Part shown: positions 34,350 through 45,200 of the stretch, piece by piece
How positions within the stretch are numbered: the first letter of the stretch is position 1
Layout: every line of letters starts with the position of its first letter
Assembly (NCBI GenBank): GCA_964452525.1
Contig: CAYVLZ010000002.1
Coordinates: 2,392-66,391, forward strand
Source of the DNA: Candidatus Woesearchaeota archaeon
Lineage (GTDB): Archaea > Nanobdellota > Nanobdellia > SCGC-AAA011-G17 > CAYFGV01
Reading direction: 5' to 3'
Length of the DNA: 64,000 nucleotides
The notes under the pieces: generated by a model
Told to the model about the DNA's origin: nothing
What the model saw: the letters and a program-made list of their open reading frames with translations, nothing else
The model's database searches: none
Position numbers and translations under genes: made by a program

Positions 34350-34371
34350 ATGAACTTCTTATTTCAAAATC

Positions 34372-34379
34372 TTTATATA
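34372..34379 (+). promoter_or_regulatory. TATA box (aaatcTTTATATA) for eno
   Basis: Lies 29 nt upstream of the ATG at 34401. Confidence 0.5.
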
Positions 34380-34400
34380 TTCTCTTAACAACACTTATTT

Positions 34401-35585
34401 ATGATTATTAAAGAAATAAAGGCTAGAAAAATAAATAATTATAGGAATCAACCCACGATAGAAGTAACAGTTAAAACAGACAAAAAGGAAACAAAAGCAT
34501 CTACGCCTAGTGGAGCATCAAAAAGTAGATTTGAAGTAAACGAATTCTCTAAGAAGGGTATAAAAGATTCAATAAAGTTCTTAAATGATCTTAAAGATAT
34601 AAAGAAATTAAAGTTAAACAATTTCGATGATGTTAAAAGGGCAGAAAGAATTTTAAGAAAATACGACAAAACAAAATCTCTAACAAAAGTCGGAGGAAAT
34701 ACAATTCTTGCCTTAGAGTATGCTTTACTTAAACAACTAGGTCCAGTATGGAAAACAATAGATAAAAACTCATCTAAATTACCTTATCCTATTGGAAATT
34801 GCATAGGTGGAGGAAAACATTCCAAAGGTCCAAGACCAGATTTCCAAGAATTTTTATTATTACCCTTAAAGGTAAAGAGTTTCAACGAAGCTATAAAACT
34901 AAACGAACAAGTCTATAAAGAAGCTGCAAAACAGCTTAAGAAAAAGGACAAATTATTCAAATATCAAAGAACCGATGAAGGAGCTTGGTACACTAGTCTA
35001 AGCAATCTAGAAGTAATAGAACTATTAAGTAATATAACAAGAAAAACAAAAAAAGTATTTCTTGGATTAGATGTTGCTGCTAATTCATTTTACAACAAAA
35101 AATATCATTATCTTAATTTCTCAAAAGAAGATAAATTTAGAAGTTTAACAAAAGAGCAACAAATCAACTTCATAGCCTATTTAATAAAAACTTACAATCT
35201 TGTTTATGTAGAAGATCCTTTACATGAAAACGATTTTAAGGGTTTTGAACAATTAAAGAAGAAAGTTAAAAAGTGTTTCATAGTTGGAGATGATTTAATC
35301 TCTACTAATAAAGACAGATTAAAAAAAGCTAAGAAATCTATCAATGCTGCTATCTTAAAACCAAACCAAGTAGGCTCTTTAATAGAAACCGAAAAATTTG
35401 TAAAATTAGCAGATAAAAATAAAATCAATTTAATAGCCTCTCATAGATCAGGAGAGACTTTAGATGCAACCATTTCTGATTTAGCAGTAGGTTTCAAAAC
35501 ATTAATGATAAAATGCGGGATATATGGAAAAGAAAGAATAGCAAAAATAAACAGACTTAAACACATTTCTAAAGAATTTAATTAA
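34401..35585 (+). CDS. eno: Enolase (short, divergent)
   Basis: ASTPSGASKSRFE, GLDVAAN, VEDPLHENDF, IVGDDL, ILKPNQVGS, SHRSGETLDATISDLAVG. Confidence 0.85.
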   Translation: MIIKEIKARKINNYRNQPTIEVTVKTDKKETKASTPSGASKSRFEVNEFSKKGIKDSIKFLNDLKDIKKLKLNNFDDVKRAERILRKYDKTKSLTKVGGNTILALEYALLKQLGPVWKTIDKNSSKLPYPIGNCIGGGKHSKGPRPDFQEFLLLPLKVKSFNEAIKLNEQVYKEAAKQLKKKDKLFKYQRTDEGAWYTSLSNLEVIELLSNITRKTKKVFLGLDVAANSFYNKKYHYLNFSKEDKFRSLTKEQQINFIAYLIKTYNLVYVEDPLHENDFKGFEQLKKKVKKCFIVGDDLISTNKDRLKKAKKSINAAILKPNQVGSLIETEKFVKLADKNKINLIASHRSGETLDATISDLAVGFKTLMIKCGIYGKERIAKINRLKHISKEFN

Positions 35586-35677
35586 ATTAATTACTCTAAA
35601 GTGGATTTATTTAACCGAAAGTTATATATAGTCTTATAACGAATTTCTAGTTATAATTATCTAATTAGGAAAAGGAG

Positions 35678-36346
35678 GTGGATAAAATAGTAACAACAGG
35701 CAATATATTACTTGACCCACTATATAGATTATGGGAGAGCACAAGTGATTTAGTACCAGGACTAGTTGCAGCGATTATACTTCTGATTATTGGTTACTTT
35801 ATTGGACTAATAATTGGACATGCAGTAAGAATAGTTTTGGAAAAACTTAAACTTGATGCAAGAGTAAAAAAAGCAAGACTAGTGAAATCAGTTGGACATA
35901 CACATTTACCAGCATTGTTCGGAGAATTAACTAAGTGGTTTATTTTCATAATCTTCTTGCAACAAGCAGTAGCATTGTTAAGGCTTGGTTCTCTTAGTGA
36001 CTTGTTAAATGCCTTTGTACTGTGGCTACCAAATGTAATTGCAGCAATAGTGATAATACTATTCAGTCTTGGTCTAGCACACTTTGTAGAGATGAAGATG
36101 CTAGAACATAGTAAGATGAAAGGGATGGTATTTTTCAGTGGATTGATTAAAGTAGTAATAGTAATAATGTCAGCGATAATAGCTCTAGATCAAATCGGTG
36201 TTAAAATTTCAATTTTAGAAAACACCTTCTTATTGGTCGTTGGAGCATTTGCACTTGGTATTGCTCTAGCATTAGGAATTGGCATGGGTCTTGGTTTAAA
36301 AGATCAAGCAAGTCAATGGATAAAAAAATGGAGTAAAAGATTTTAA
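35678..36346 (+). CDS. Membrane protein with conserved TM-helix repeats (mechanosensitive-channel-associated TM_helix type)
   Basis: LVPGLVAAIILLIIGYFIGLIIGHAVRIVLEKLKLD is repeated twice in similar form. GTG start directly abuts aaggag, so the start is uncertain. Confidence 0.5.
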   Translation: MDKIVTTGNILLDPLYRLWESTSDLVPGLVAAIILLIIGYFIGLIIGHAVRIVLEKLKLDARVKKARLVKSVGHTHLPALFGELTKWFIFIIFLQQAVALLRLGSLSDLLNAFVLWLPNVIAAIVIILFSLGLAHFVEMKMLEHSKMKGMVFFSGLIKVVIVIMSAIIALDQIGVKISILENTFLLVVGAFALGIALALGIGMGLGLKDQASQWIKKWSKRF

Positions 36347-36431
36347 TTTTCTTTATTTTTTTATTTTTAATTCTAAAACCCTAAAAGAAAGATTTAAATA
36401 CATGTTTTAATAAAACTTAACTGTAAAAAGG

Positions 36432-38624
36432 GTGTTAATAATCAAGAAAATATTTTTACTTACAATAGTAATGTTATTCACTTTTGCTTATTCTGTAAAT
36501 GCTTATTGCAATTGGTTTACAGATCCAGATTGCGCAGATCCAACAGGCCCTTGTATATTACACAGATATGATGCAATAAATCATTGTTACGGAAATCCAG
36601 ATGAATGCTATCAAGGAGATTCAATAGAAACTGTTTTAACTGTAAGCGGTGGTTGTGTAGAAGCTACAACAGCATATGCAGAACTATGGGATCTTTATGA
36701 TAATAATCCTTTTGAGTGTTGGGTATTTAATTTAGATCTTACAGAGTGGTGGGGGGCTAATGAAGAAAGCCAGTTATTAGATGGAACATTTAATAACGGA
36801 GATTTAGTTTTTGAACCTGGAGATCCGGATGAAGATACATATACTATTCATGCAACCTGGGATATTCCAGAAGCACGCTCTGATTTATTTGATACTTGTG
36901 AAGGATCCACTTTAGCATTAGACTATGGATATGGTTGGGGAGATTGGATATACTTATTTGATGTTAATGGAGAAGGAGTAATAGATGATTATAATCTAGA
37001 TATAGATGGTACAGACAGCCTCATAAGTTTTACATATGTCTGTTATAGTACAGAAACTGGACAATGTTCAGACGGAATAGATAATGATTGCGATGGCCAA
37101 ACCGATTCTAATGATCCTGATTGCGGGAGTACAGAAGGATGTTTAATACAATCAATGAGCATCTCTCCTAGTTGTGCTGGAGGATCTTCTCCAGATTGTG
37201 AACAAGGAGAAACAATAGATATGCAAGGAACCATAATCGGGAATCCATCAATATGTACCTATATAAATTTCTTACAAATAGATGCAAATCAACAGAGTGA
37301 TCTTAACCACGGATATTGTACTGTAGGAATAGGAGATAATCATGATATGCAAGGTATCTTCGCAACAAATCCCGACATAACTTTCAATTCAGCTAACGGA
37401 TACACTAGTTATACTATAAGTGGTTCATGGCCCATTCCACAGATTCCTTCACAATGTGAAGGTAAAAACATGAACGCTGGAATTGCTAGAATATATTACA
37501 ATGGTTTAAGAGATGATTTTGCAGGAACAACTGGGAGTTTTTCTTTCTATGACGGAACCCCTCCCCAAACAACACAATGCAATGATAATGTAGATAATGA
37601 TGGAGATGGGAATATAGATTGGGATGGTGGTGGAGAAGGCCTACCAGATACTGGTTGTACAGACGAATTTGATGATGATGAAACAGACTGTGGAGACGGT
37701 GTTTGTGAGCTAGAAGAAATACTTACCTGTCCGGCCGATTGTGGAGATCCTATAGAAGAATGTGTCTTAGGTAACTTGTATTGGTCTGTTCCAAAAGAGG
37801 GTTATGGTAAAGGAGAATACTCTGAAAGCGATTTTCTTGGAATTCACATTAACGATGCTACTTGGCTAAACCTAAAAGGAAATCAACAATGTAGTGGTTT
37901 AGAAGCTACCTTTAAAATTTATGAATGTGATGAGATTACAGCAGATCATGGATGTAGGAACAGAGAACTTATTCCAGAAGGAACTTTCACTACAACTTTT
38001 GACGATGATGATTTATTATTTGCCAAGTGGTGGTTAGCAGAATATCATGACGAAGGAGATGGAGATGCAGAATATAGAATTCAAGCAACCGTTGGAGATA
38101 CAACAACAGGATGGTCTCTTAATTATCTAGAAGTAATTAATCAAGAAGCAGAAGATTGCAGACAAACAGGATGTACTGGACAAGAAAAATGTTGTGCAAC
38201 TACAGGGTATACATGTGAATTACCTGAAAACTGTCCACAAGAAGGCTACTGTGATAATATAGGAGGAACTTGCTGTGATCCAGATCCTCTAGTAGAAGGT
38301 TGTTATGGTAACTGGATAGGTGGGAGTCAAGATTGTCCAACAAGTTGTTGTGATAATATTTGTACTGAAATAACTGGACCTAATGAAGACCAATGGTATA
38401 GTTATGGAGAATGTGAGGATCCTGATGGAGATGGATTTGGAAAACAACAGAGATATAAACATATAAGAGATACAGAAACAGGACAAGTAACCACGACAGG
38501 AGATGGAGAAGTAGACTGTGTGGTAATAGGAACTTCTGTACCAATATTCACAGCATTTAATGCAATCATAGCATTATTATTGATAACAGGTTACTATATT
38601 TACACTAGAAGATTCAAAAAATAA
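36432..38624 (+). CDS. Secreted Cys/Asp-rich surface protein with MopE-like metal-binding motifs and C-terminal TM anchor
   Basis: Signal peptide. CSDGIDNDCDGQTDSNDPDC and CNDNVDNDGDGNIDWDGG. Many paired Cys residues. C-terminal TM segment FTAFNAIIALLLITGYYIY followed by RRFKK. Confidence 0.55.
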   Translation: MLIIKKIFLLTIVMLFTFAYSVNAYCNWFTDPDCADPTGPCILHRYDAINHCYGNPDECYQGDSIETVLTVSGGCVEATTAYAELWDLYDNNPFECWVFNLDLTEWWGANEESQLLDGTFNNGDLVFEPGDPDEDTYTIHATWDIPEARSDLFDTCEGSTLALDYGYGWGDWIYLFDVNGEGVIDDYNLDIDGTDSLISFTYVCYSTETGQCSDGIDNDCDGQTDSNDPDCGSTEGCLIQSMSISPSCAGGSSPDCEQGETIDMQGTIIGNPSICTYINFLQIDANQQSDLNHGYCTVGIGDNHDMQGIFATNPDITFNSANGYTSYTISGSWPIPQIPSQCEGKNMNAGIARIYYNGLRDDFAGTTGSFSFYDGTPPQTTQCNDNVDNDGDGNIDWDGGGEGLPDTGCTDEFDDDETDCGDGVCELEEILTCPADCGDPIEECVLGNLYWSVPKEGYGKGEYSESDFLGIHINDATWLNLKGNQQCSGLEATFKIYECDEITADHGCRNRELIPEGTFTTTFDDDDLLFAKWWLAEYHDEGDGDAEYRIQATVGDTTTGWSLNYLEVINQEAEDCRQTGCTGQEKCCATTGYTCELPENCPQEGYCDNIGGTCCDPDPLVEGCYGNWIGGSQDCPTSCCDNICTEITGPNEDQWYSYGECEDPDGDGFGKQQRYKHIRDTETGQVTTTGDGEVDCVVIGTSVPIFTAFNAIIALLLITGYYIYTRRFKK

Positions 38625-38634
38625 TTCTTAAATA

Positions 38635-39535
38635 GGGTGCGTTCAAAATCTTTATTAAATAGTAACCCCTAGCAGAAGCTAGGGGGGAAACACGTAGGAG
38701 GTGTTTCCAATGAAAAATAAGACAAAACTAATAAATAAAGTTAAGCGTTTGCTTAAACGCTTGGGATTTCCAAGATTTCTACATAGATATGGGCCAAAAA
38801 CATATGAATTATTTTGTCATGTACAAGCATATCTTGTTAAGCAAGAATGTAAACTTGGTTACAGAAGAGTAACCAAGTTGCTAAGAGGACTAGGAATTAA
38901 ATGTCCTTGTGCATCTGCTTTATGCACAAGTTTTAACAAATTGCCTCTTAAATCATGGAAAATCATTCTTGCTGCTAGTGCAAATATTAAGGTTAATTTA
39001 GCAGCTATAGATGGTAGTGGCTTATCAAGACCCTTGCCGAGTCCTCATTATTATAAAAGGATTGATAAGCCATATCCTATAGATATTCCCCTAAAACAGT
39101 CTATAGCTGTTGATACTAAAAGTAAGAGGATATTAGCTCTTAGACTTAGGTCTAAGAAAGCGCATGATATTAGAGATGCTAAGTATCTTATTAGGAATCT
39201 GCCAAGAAAGCCTAATAAGATAATTGCTGATAAAGCATATGATGCAAATTGGCTTCATAGATATTGTCTTAATATTCTTATTAAGACATGTATTCCTATT
39301 AGGAGCTTTAATGGCAAGCACTGTAGGAATACTCTTAGGAAGAGATTAGCTAAAAGTATTACTAAGAAAACTTATGGTAGGAGGAATATTGTTGAGTCTG
39401 TATTTAAAGCATTAAATACTAAGTTTGGATCTAGTGTAAGCTCTGTTAAGTTCTCTGCTCAAAGAGCAGAGATATACTGTAGAGCTATTACTCATAACAT
39501 GTTTTTGTTATTTACTGAGTCTTTGAACGCAACCC
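38635..39535 (+). mobile_element. IS4/IS5-family insertion sequence (~0.9 kb)
   Basis: Imperfect terminal inverted repeats: gggtgcgttcaaa (38635..38647) and tttgaacgcaaccc (39522..39535), matching 13/14. A single DDE transposase ORF lies between them. The element sits between a surface-protein gene and rps2. Confidence 0.75.
38666..38708 (+). promoter_or_regulatory. Two tandem perfect 8-bp hairpins upstream of the transposase start; the second occludes the SD
   Basis: cccctagc-agaa-gctagggg (38666..38685) and ggaaacac-gtaggag-gtgtttcc (38686..38708). The SD ggaggtg spans the loop and 3' arm. The ATG is at 38710. Confidence 0.6.
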
Positions 39536-39540
39536 AGTAA
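38710..39540 (+). CDS. DDE transposase, IS4/IS5 family
   Basis: LAAIDGSGL (D), IIADKAYDANWL (D), RNIVESVFKALNTKFG (E) fit the DDE_Tnp_1 layout. Confidence 0.8.
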   Translation: MKNKTKLINKVKRLLKRLGFPRFLHRYGPKTYELFCHVQAYLVKQECKLGYRRVTKLLRGLGIKCPCASALCTSFNKLPLKSWKIILAASANIKVNLAAIDGSGLSRPLPSPHYYKRIDKPYPIDIPLKQSIAVDTKSKRILALRLRSKKAHDIRDAKYLIRNLPRKPNKIIADKAYDANWLHRYCLNILIKTCIPIRSFNGKHCRNTLRKRLAKSITKKTYGRRNIVESVFKALNTKFGSSVSSVKFSAQRAEIYCRAITHNMFLLFTESLNATQ

Positions 39541-39580
39541 ATAACAACATTTAAATACTAAATATTTTTATCAAAAAATA

Positions 39581-40177
39581 ATGGCAGAAGAATTTTTAGT
39601 ACCTTTAGACGATTATCTTAAGGTAGGGATTCATATAGGTACTAAACTCAAAACAAAACATATGGCTCCTTTTATTTATAAAATCAGACCAGACGGTCTT
39701 CCAGTTCTAAATGTTCAAGAAATAGACAAGAGACTAAGAATGGCAGCTGATTTTCTCAGTAGATATGACATAAAAGAGATCATTGTTGTATGCAGAAGAG
39801 AAAACGGATGGAAACCCGTACAAAAATTTGCAGAAGCTACAGGAACAAAAATAATCATAAAGAGATATCCTCCAGGAATATTAACAAATCCCGACCTAGA
39901 AAATTTTACAGAAGCTAAAGTCTTACTAGTAACAGACCCATGGCCGGATAGAAATGCTGTAAAAGATGCATCAAGAATAGGCATTCCAGTAGTTGCATTA
40001 TGCGATACAAACAACGAGCCTTCAGATATTGACTTAGTAGTTCCTTGTAATAATAAAGGTAAGAAAAGTCTTGGATTAATCTTCTGGATTCTAGCAAGAG
40101 AACTTCTTAAAAATAAGAATTTGATAAAAACAGAAAAAGATATGAAATTCAGTATAGAAGACTTTACAGCTGAATAA
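39581..40177 (+). CDS. rps2: 30S ribosomal protein uS2
   Basis: LDDYLKVGIHIGTK..., LLVTDPWPDRNAVKDASRIGIPVVALCDTNN. Confidence 0.95.
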   Translation: MAEEFLVPLDDYLKVGIHIGTKLKTKHMAPFIYKIRPDGLPVLNVQEIDKRLRMAADFLSRYDIKEIIVVCRRENGWKPVQKFAEATGTKIIIKRYPPGILTNPDLENFTEAKVLLVTDPWPDRNAVKDASRIGIPVVALCDTNNEPSDIDLVVPCNNKGKKSLGLIFWILARELLKNKNLIKTEKDMKFSIEDFTAE

Positions 40178-40179
40178 TT

Positions 40180-40308
40180 TTACTCTTCTTCTTCCATGTC
40201 CTCGTTATAACCGTTCATAAAAGCTTCTTCTTCTGGAGATATTTCGTCGTCCCTAATAGCTTCTTCAGCCCCTTCCTCAAAATAAATATCTTGTTCAAAT
40301 TCTTCCAT
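40180..40308 (-). CDS. Candidate 42-aa highly acidic microprotein
   Basis: Manual translation: MEEFEQDIYFEEGAEEAIRDDEISPEEEAFMNGYNEDMEEEE. A TATA-like tttatatt (rc of 40329..40336) lies 28 nt upstream. No SD. Below the ORF-track cutoff. Confidence 0.3.
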   Translation of the reverse strand: MEEFEQDIYFEEGAEEAIRDDEISPEEEAFMNGYNEDMEEEE

Positions 40309-40376
40309 ATTTCAAAAAGAATTTCTCGAATATAAATAGTTTTACTATATATTTTATATATAAAAGAATAACAATC

Positions 40377-40384
40377 TTTATAAA
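40377..40384 (+). promoter_or_regulatory. TATA box (caatcTTTATAAA) for corA
   Basis: Lies 30 nt upstream of the ATG at 40407. Confidence 0.5.
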
Positions 40385-40406
40385 TCTAATAAACCTAAAA
40401 TCATTG

Positions 40407-41339
40407 ATGATTAAGGCCATAAAATACTCCAAAGGAAACGTAAAAAAAACTGAGTTCAAAAGCCTTAATTTCTTACGTGAATTATCATGGATAGACTGTT
40501 ATAATCCAACTGAAGAAGAATTAAAACTTTTATATGACAAAACAGGGATTACTGTTACAGATCTAAAAGACGCTCTAGATTTTAGAGAGCTTCCAAGAAT
40601 ACAAAATAAACTTAAGTATTCCAAAATAATCTTCAGAATACCAAGTTCCAATTACACGATACCTTTGGGGATATTCGTAACTAAAAAATTCATTGTAACA
40701 ATCCATAAAGAAAATATAGAATTCTTAGAGAAATTAATGAAAAATCTAATATCTGATACAGGACAGCTAATATTCAAGAATGGAACAAGTTTTTTAGTTT
40801 ATAGAATAATGCTTGATTCTATAAGAGAGTTCACAAGAAGCTTAGACAAAATAGGAGAAGCCTTAGAAGATATAGAAGAAGATATCTTCAAAAATGCTTC
40901 CGAACACAATTCACAAAAAATATTCTCCTCAAAGAGAAGATTGCTCTACTTTAAAAGATCATTAAACGGAAACAAAAATGTAATAGAAAACATAACAAAG
41001 ACCAAATTTATAGCTCCTAATTCATATGATAGTTTCTCTAATCTCCATATTGAATTATCCCAAGTAATAAGTGTAGAAGAAACTTATAGAGAGAGATTAA
41101 CAGAAAGCATGGAGATGCATATGACAAGTGTTTCCAATAAATTAAATGAAGTTATGAGAAGCTTTACAGTTATAGCATCTTTGCTATTACTACCGGTGTT
41201 AATAGCAGGAATTTGGGGAATGAATTTTGGTAACATACCTCTCTTCGCTCATAACAATGGTTTTTATGTAGCAATCCTAATAATGGTAGTAAGTATGTTA
41301 ATCATGTTTTTATTCTTTAAGAAAAAGAAATGGGTATAA
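40407..41339 (+). CDS. corA: CorA-family magnesium transporter
   Basis: GIWGMNF (GMN motif) plus two C-terminal TM segments. Confidence 0.9.
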   Translation: MIKAIKYSKGNVKKTEFKSLNFLRELSWIDCYNPTEEELKLLYDKTGITVTDLKDALDFRELPRIQNKLKYSKIIFRIPSSNYTIPLGIFVTKKFIVTIHKENIEFLEKLMKNLISDTGQLIFKNGTSFLVYRIMLDSIREFTRSLDKIGEALEDIEEDIFKNASEHNSQKIFSSKRRLLYFKRSLNGNKNVIENITKTKFIAPNSYDSFSNLHIELSQVISVEETYRERLTESMEMHMTSVSNKLNEVMRSFTVIASLLLLPVLIAGIWGMNFGNIPLFAHNNGFYVAILIMVVSMLIMFLFFKKKKWV

Positions 41340-42157
41340 TGCGAAAAGCAAAATATTCTGGATTATTCTATGAAAAAGAATTTAATGCTTTAAATAAGCA
41401 AATTGAAGATTCTTTTACATCTCAAAGAGGCCCCGGAGATTTACCATTAAAAAGAACAGATAAAAAAATTTATGCAGTGATTTCCCCGCATGCCGGATAT
41501 CCTTATTGTGGAGAAGCTATGGCATGGTCCTATAAGGAAATAGCAGAATCACAATTCCCAGATTTTTATTTAATTATTGGAACAGATCATAACGGTTTAG
41601 GAAATTCTGTTTTCATAGAGGATTTCGAAACTCCCTTTGGATTAGTTAAAACCGACATCGAATATACAAAAAAGTTAGTTGAAGAAGGATTTAAAGAAAC
41701 CAAAAACACAACTGAACATTCTATAGAAGTCCAATTACCCTTCTTGCAATTCGTTTCTAAAGACAAATTAAAAGATTTAAAGATAGTTGCGATTACTGTA
41801 AATGAAAAAATAAGACTTCCTAAAACAGACAAGAGTTTTATAATAATATCAAGCTCTGACTTCACTCATTATGGTCCTAATTATGGGTATGTACCTTTCA
41901 TATATAATAAAAAAGAAAATTTGTATAAACTAGACAAGGACGCAATTAAATTTATACAAGAATTAAATACTGAAGGTTTCTTAAAATATGTAAAGGAAAA
42001 AGAAGCTACCATATGCGGTTACAATAGTATTGGAACTTTAATAGAAAATTGTAAAGAAAAATGTGAAAGAGGAATTCTACTTCAATATTATACTTCTGGA
42101 GATGTAATAAACAACTATAACAATGCAGTTGGTTATGCAGCAATGGTTTTTAAGTAA
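41330..42157 (+). CDS. MEMO1 / AmmeMemoRadiSam system protein B family
   Basis: AVISPHAGYPYCGEAMAWSY, IIGTDHNG, EHSIEVQLPFLQ, SSSDFTHYGP. Confidence 0.85.
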   Translation: MGIMRKAKYSGLFYEKEFNALNKQIEDSFTSQRGPGDLPLKRTDKKIYAVISPHAGYPYCGEAMAWSYKEIAESQFPDFYLIIGTDHNGLGNSVFIEDFETPFGLVKTDIEYTKKLVEEGFKETKNTTEHSIEVQLPFLQFVSKDKLKDLKIVAITVNEKIRLPKTDKSFIIISSSDFTHYGPNYGYVPFIYNKKENLYKLDKDAIKFIQELNTEGFLKYVKEKEATICGYNSIGTLIENCKEKCERGILLQYYTSGDVINNYNNAVGYAAMVFK

Positions 42158-42216
42158 AAAACCAACATTTAAATATTTTATTTAACTACCCCTTAAAACC
42201 GTATGGGGGTGGGATA

Positions 42217-45200
42217 TTGGATTTTAATATAAAAATAATATTATCTATGATTTTTGCTACATTTGTTATTTCTACAGCTGTTTCAGCTACAGTTAATATT
42301 GATATCGATTTACCTCAAAATACTTTCTATGACGAGGATCAACTAAAATTTGATTATACTTTAACATCAACACAAGAAGAGAATATTACATTTACTCCAT
42401 ATATGCTATGCCCCAACAACCAGATACCTTTACTAGAGGAGATAAATATCTTATTAGAAGAAGATGTTCCTTACTCTGCTGAATACAAAGATTTTATTGT
42501 AGATGAGCAATATTCTAATTCTGCCACGTGCTCAGCAGGAATTAAGATTACTGATCCTTTTGAACAAGAAAGCCACGAAACTTTCAACATAGATGTATTA
42601 CCAAAGATGGCAACAAGACTTAGTTTTAACTCCCAATTATGTGAGATCCCCCAAGTGTTCTTCACCTCAGACGAAACCGTAACAGCCAATATAAGAGCTG
42701 AAAATCAAATGTCCCCAGGAACGCCATTAGAAACACAAAACACTGGATTTTATGTTAATCCTGAAGGAGAAAACGTTGAGATAGATTTCTCAGGAGACCA
42801 AGCCAATATTCCTTTTGATGGATATGGAAATTATTACGTCGAAATTACCTCTTCTCTGGGAGGTTACATGGATAAGACAGAAAACAAATATTTTTCATAT
42901 CTAGAAGAGCATATCCCTATTATTTTAGAAACAAATTGCAATTCTAATTCAATATGCGAAAACAATGAAAATTATCAAAACTGTCCAATGGATTGTTATG
43001 GTATTCCTGGAGATAGAATTTTAAGAAATGAACCACAATATGACGAAAACATGGTCTTCTTAGCAACAGATAACGACTGGAGAAATATTCTAAGATTAGT
43101 TCCTGTTGTAAGCTGGAACATTGGAATGACTCACAAGAACTACCCAATGTTGATATTACATAATGAAGGCTTAACATTGCAAGAAGAAAACTATGCTCTT
43201 GCAAGAAACGGAGCAACCATTACAGCAAACAATTACCATGAAGAACAGAATTCCCCAGACGCAGCAATAGACGGCGAATTATCTTCAAGATGGAACTCCG
43301 GAACAAGCGAAGAATCCTGGCTAGAAGTAGATATGGGCTCCTCAAAAATAATAGATCAAATAAAACTATACCATTTCGGTAGTGTTGATTACTATGCTAA
43401 TATTGAAGTAAAGGAGACTCCAGAAGACGAATGGCAATTGGTTGAAGAAAACATAGAGCTTCTGGGACATTGGCTTCCTATCGTTGTCGACTTTGACCCT
43501 GTAACAGCAAGATATGTAAGAATAACAATGGATACTCTCGGAAGTCCAGATTGGAAAACCCTTAATGAAATAGAAATATTCAACACACAACAAGATCCTT
43601 GTTTAAAAGAAGCCTTTGATCCAGATTCAATAATAACCTTCTTACAACAATATGAGCCAAGCAGAGTATTTATCTTCGGAGACACCCCACAAGAATTCGA
43701 CGATTTATTAACAGCAGATGAACCTTTTGGAGCAGGCCTTGATGAAACACAATTAAGAAGACAGACCCCTTATGATGTATTTTCATATTGGAACGAATTT
43801 GACAAAGTAGTAATAGTTGATTATGATGACTATAAAGCAGCTCTGTTGGGAAGCACAATAGCATCTAAACTTAACAGTCCAATACTATTCATAGACCGAT
43901 TGAATATAGATTTACATCAATATGTAATAAACGGAAGAGAAGCCATAGTCGTTGGTGACGTAGATTCTGAAACAAGAAATGGAATAGATGATTGGGCTTC
44001 ACAAAGAACTTATTTAACAATAGAGCAAGCACAAAATCACTATAAGAACTTAATGAATCCAGACAAGATTTTGATGGTTAATCCTCATGATTGGAACTAT
44101 GCATTTGTTCCAGAGAATAAATTCCTACCAGAAAAAACAGATAACAAACTTCTTTACACATTCACAAAAGATTCTGTAACAGCACCCTTCTTAGCTGCTG
44201 CTAAAAATGAATTATTAATGTTTAATGAGATCCCAAAAAGTCCATTAAATAACGAATGCAGTAGTAATTATTATGTTACAGAAAATATTCAAACAACAGA
44301 TCAGAACATGGTAGATTTTGTTAACAGATTCCAGGATAATGATTTTGAATACCTCACCATAATATCCAATCATTATTCGATACCAGAATCACAATTCTCT
44401 TATTGTTATAATGATGACACTGAAGGGGGAAAATATCAGGTAAGAATTCAACAGGATAAGAAATATGCTAGACATCCGAATAACGAACCAATAATAACAC
44501 AACCTGTCATAGATAGGGACTCTCAGAATAACATATATGCTGTCTGGCATCAAGCTTCTGAAATATTCTACAAAAAAACAGATCAAGATATGAACACCTT
44601 AATTGAAGATACCCAATTAACAGATGATGATAATCATGCTTCATTCTCTCCAGATACTGCAATAGATTCCTATGACCATCTAAACGTAGTTTGGTCAGAC
44701 TTAAGAGATGTTGCTACCCTCGAAATATATTTTAATAAGATAGACCAAAACGGTTACAAAGTATTTGCACAAGATAAAAAAATATCACCCGATAATTCTA
44801 TCGACAAATATGAACCAAAGATAATAAGCGATGAAAACTATCTATACGTTTTCTGGAGAGTAATGTTACCAGGGAATCAATTCTACAAGATGCAAAAACT
44901 AAATTACGACGGATCTAAAGTTGGCGAGGTCATGGAGATAGGAGAATCATTTAACGTAGTCGGTGATTACGATCTAGCGATAGATGATAACTATATTTAT
45001 TTAATATCTTCAAAAAGCATCTCTGAGAATGGAAAACAGATAGTATTCTTGAAATTGGATAAGGAAGGTAATCTCATCAAAGAAGAGATAATTGAAGAGA
45101 CAGATTATCAATCTCTTGATCCGCAGGTAGTAATGGATTCTGACGAGAATCTACATATAATATGGAGAGACTATGTAGGAGATTCAAAATCCGAATTATT

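Noticed and set aside
38629-39543. Possible 6-bp target-site duplication taaata flanking the IS (38629..38634 and 38538+1000 region 39538..39543)
   Set aside because: The right copy is separated from the inverted repeat by 2 nt (ag). In addition, taaata is expected by chance in DNA this AT-rich. It is not convincing without other copies of the IS.
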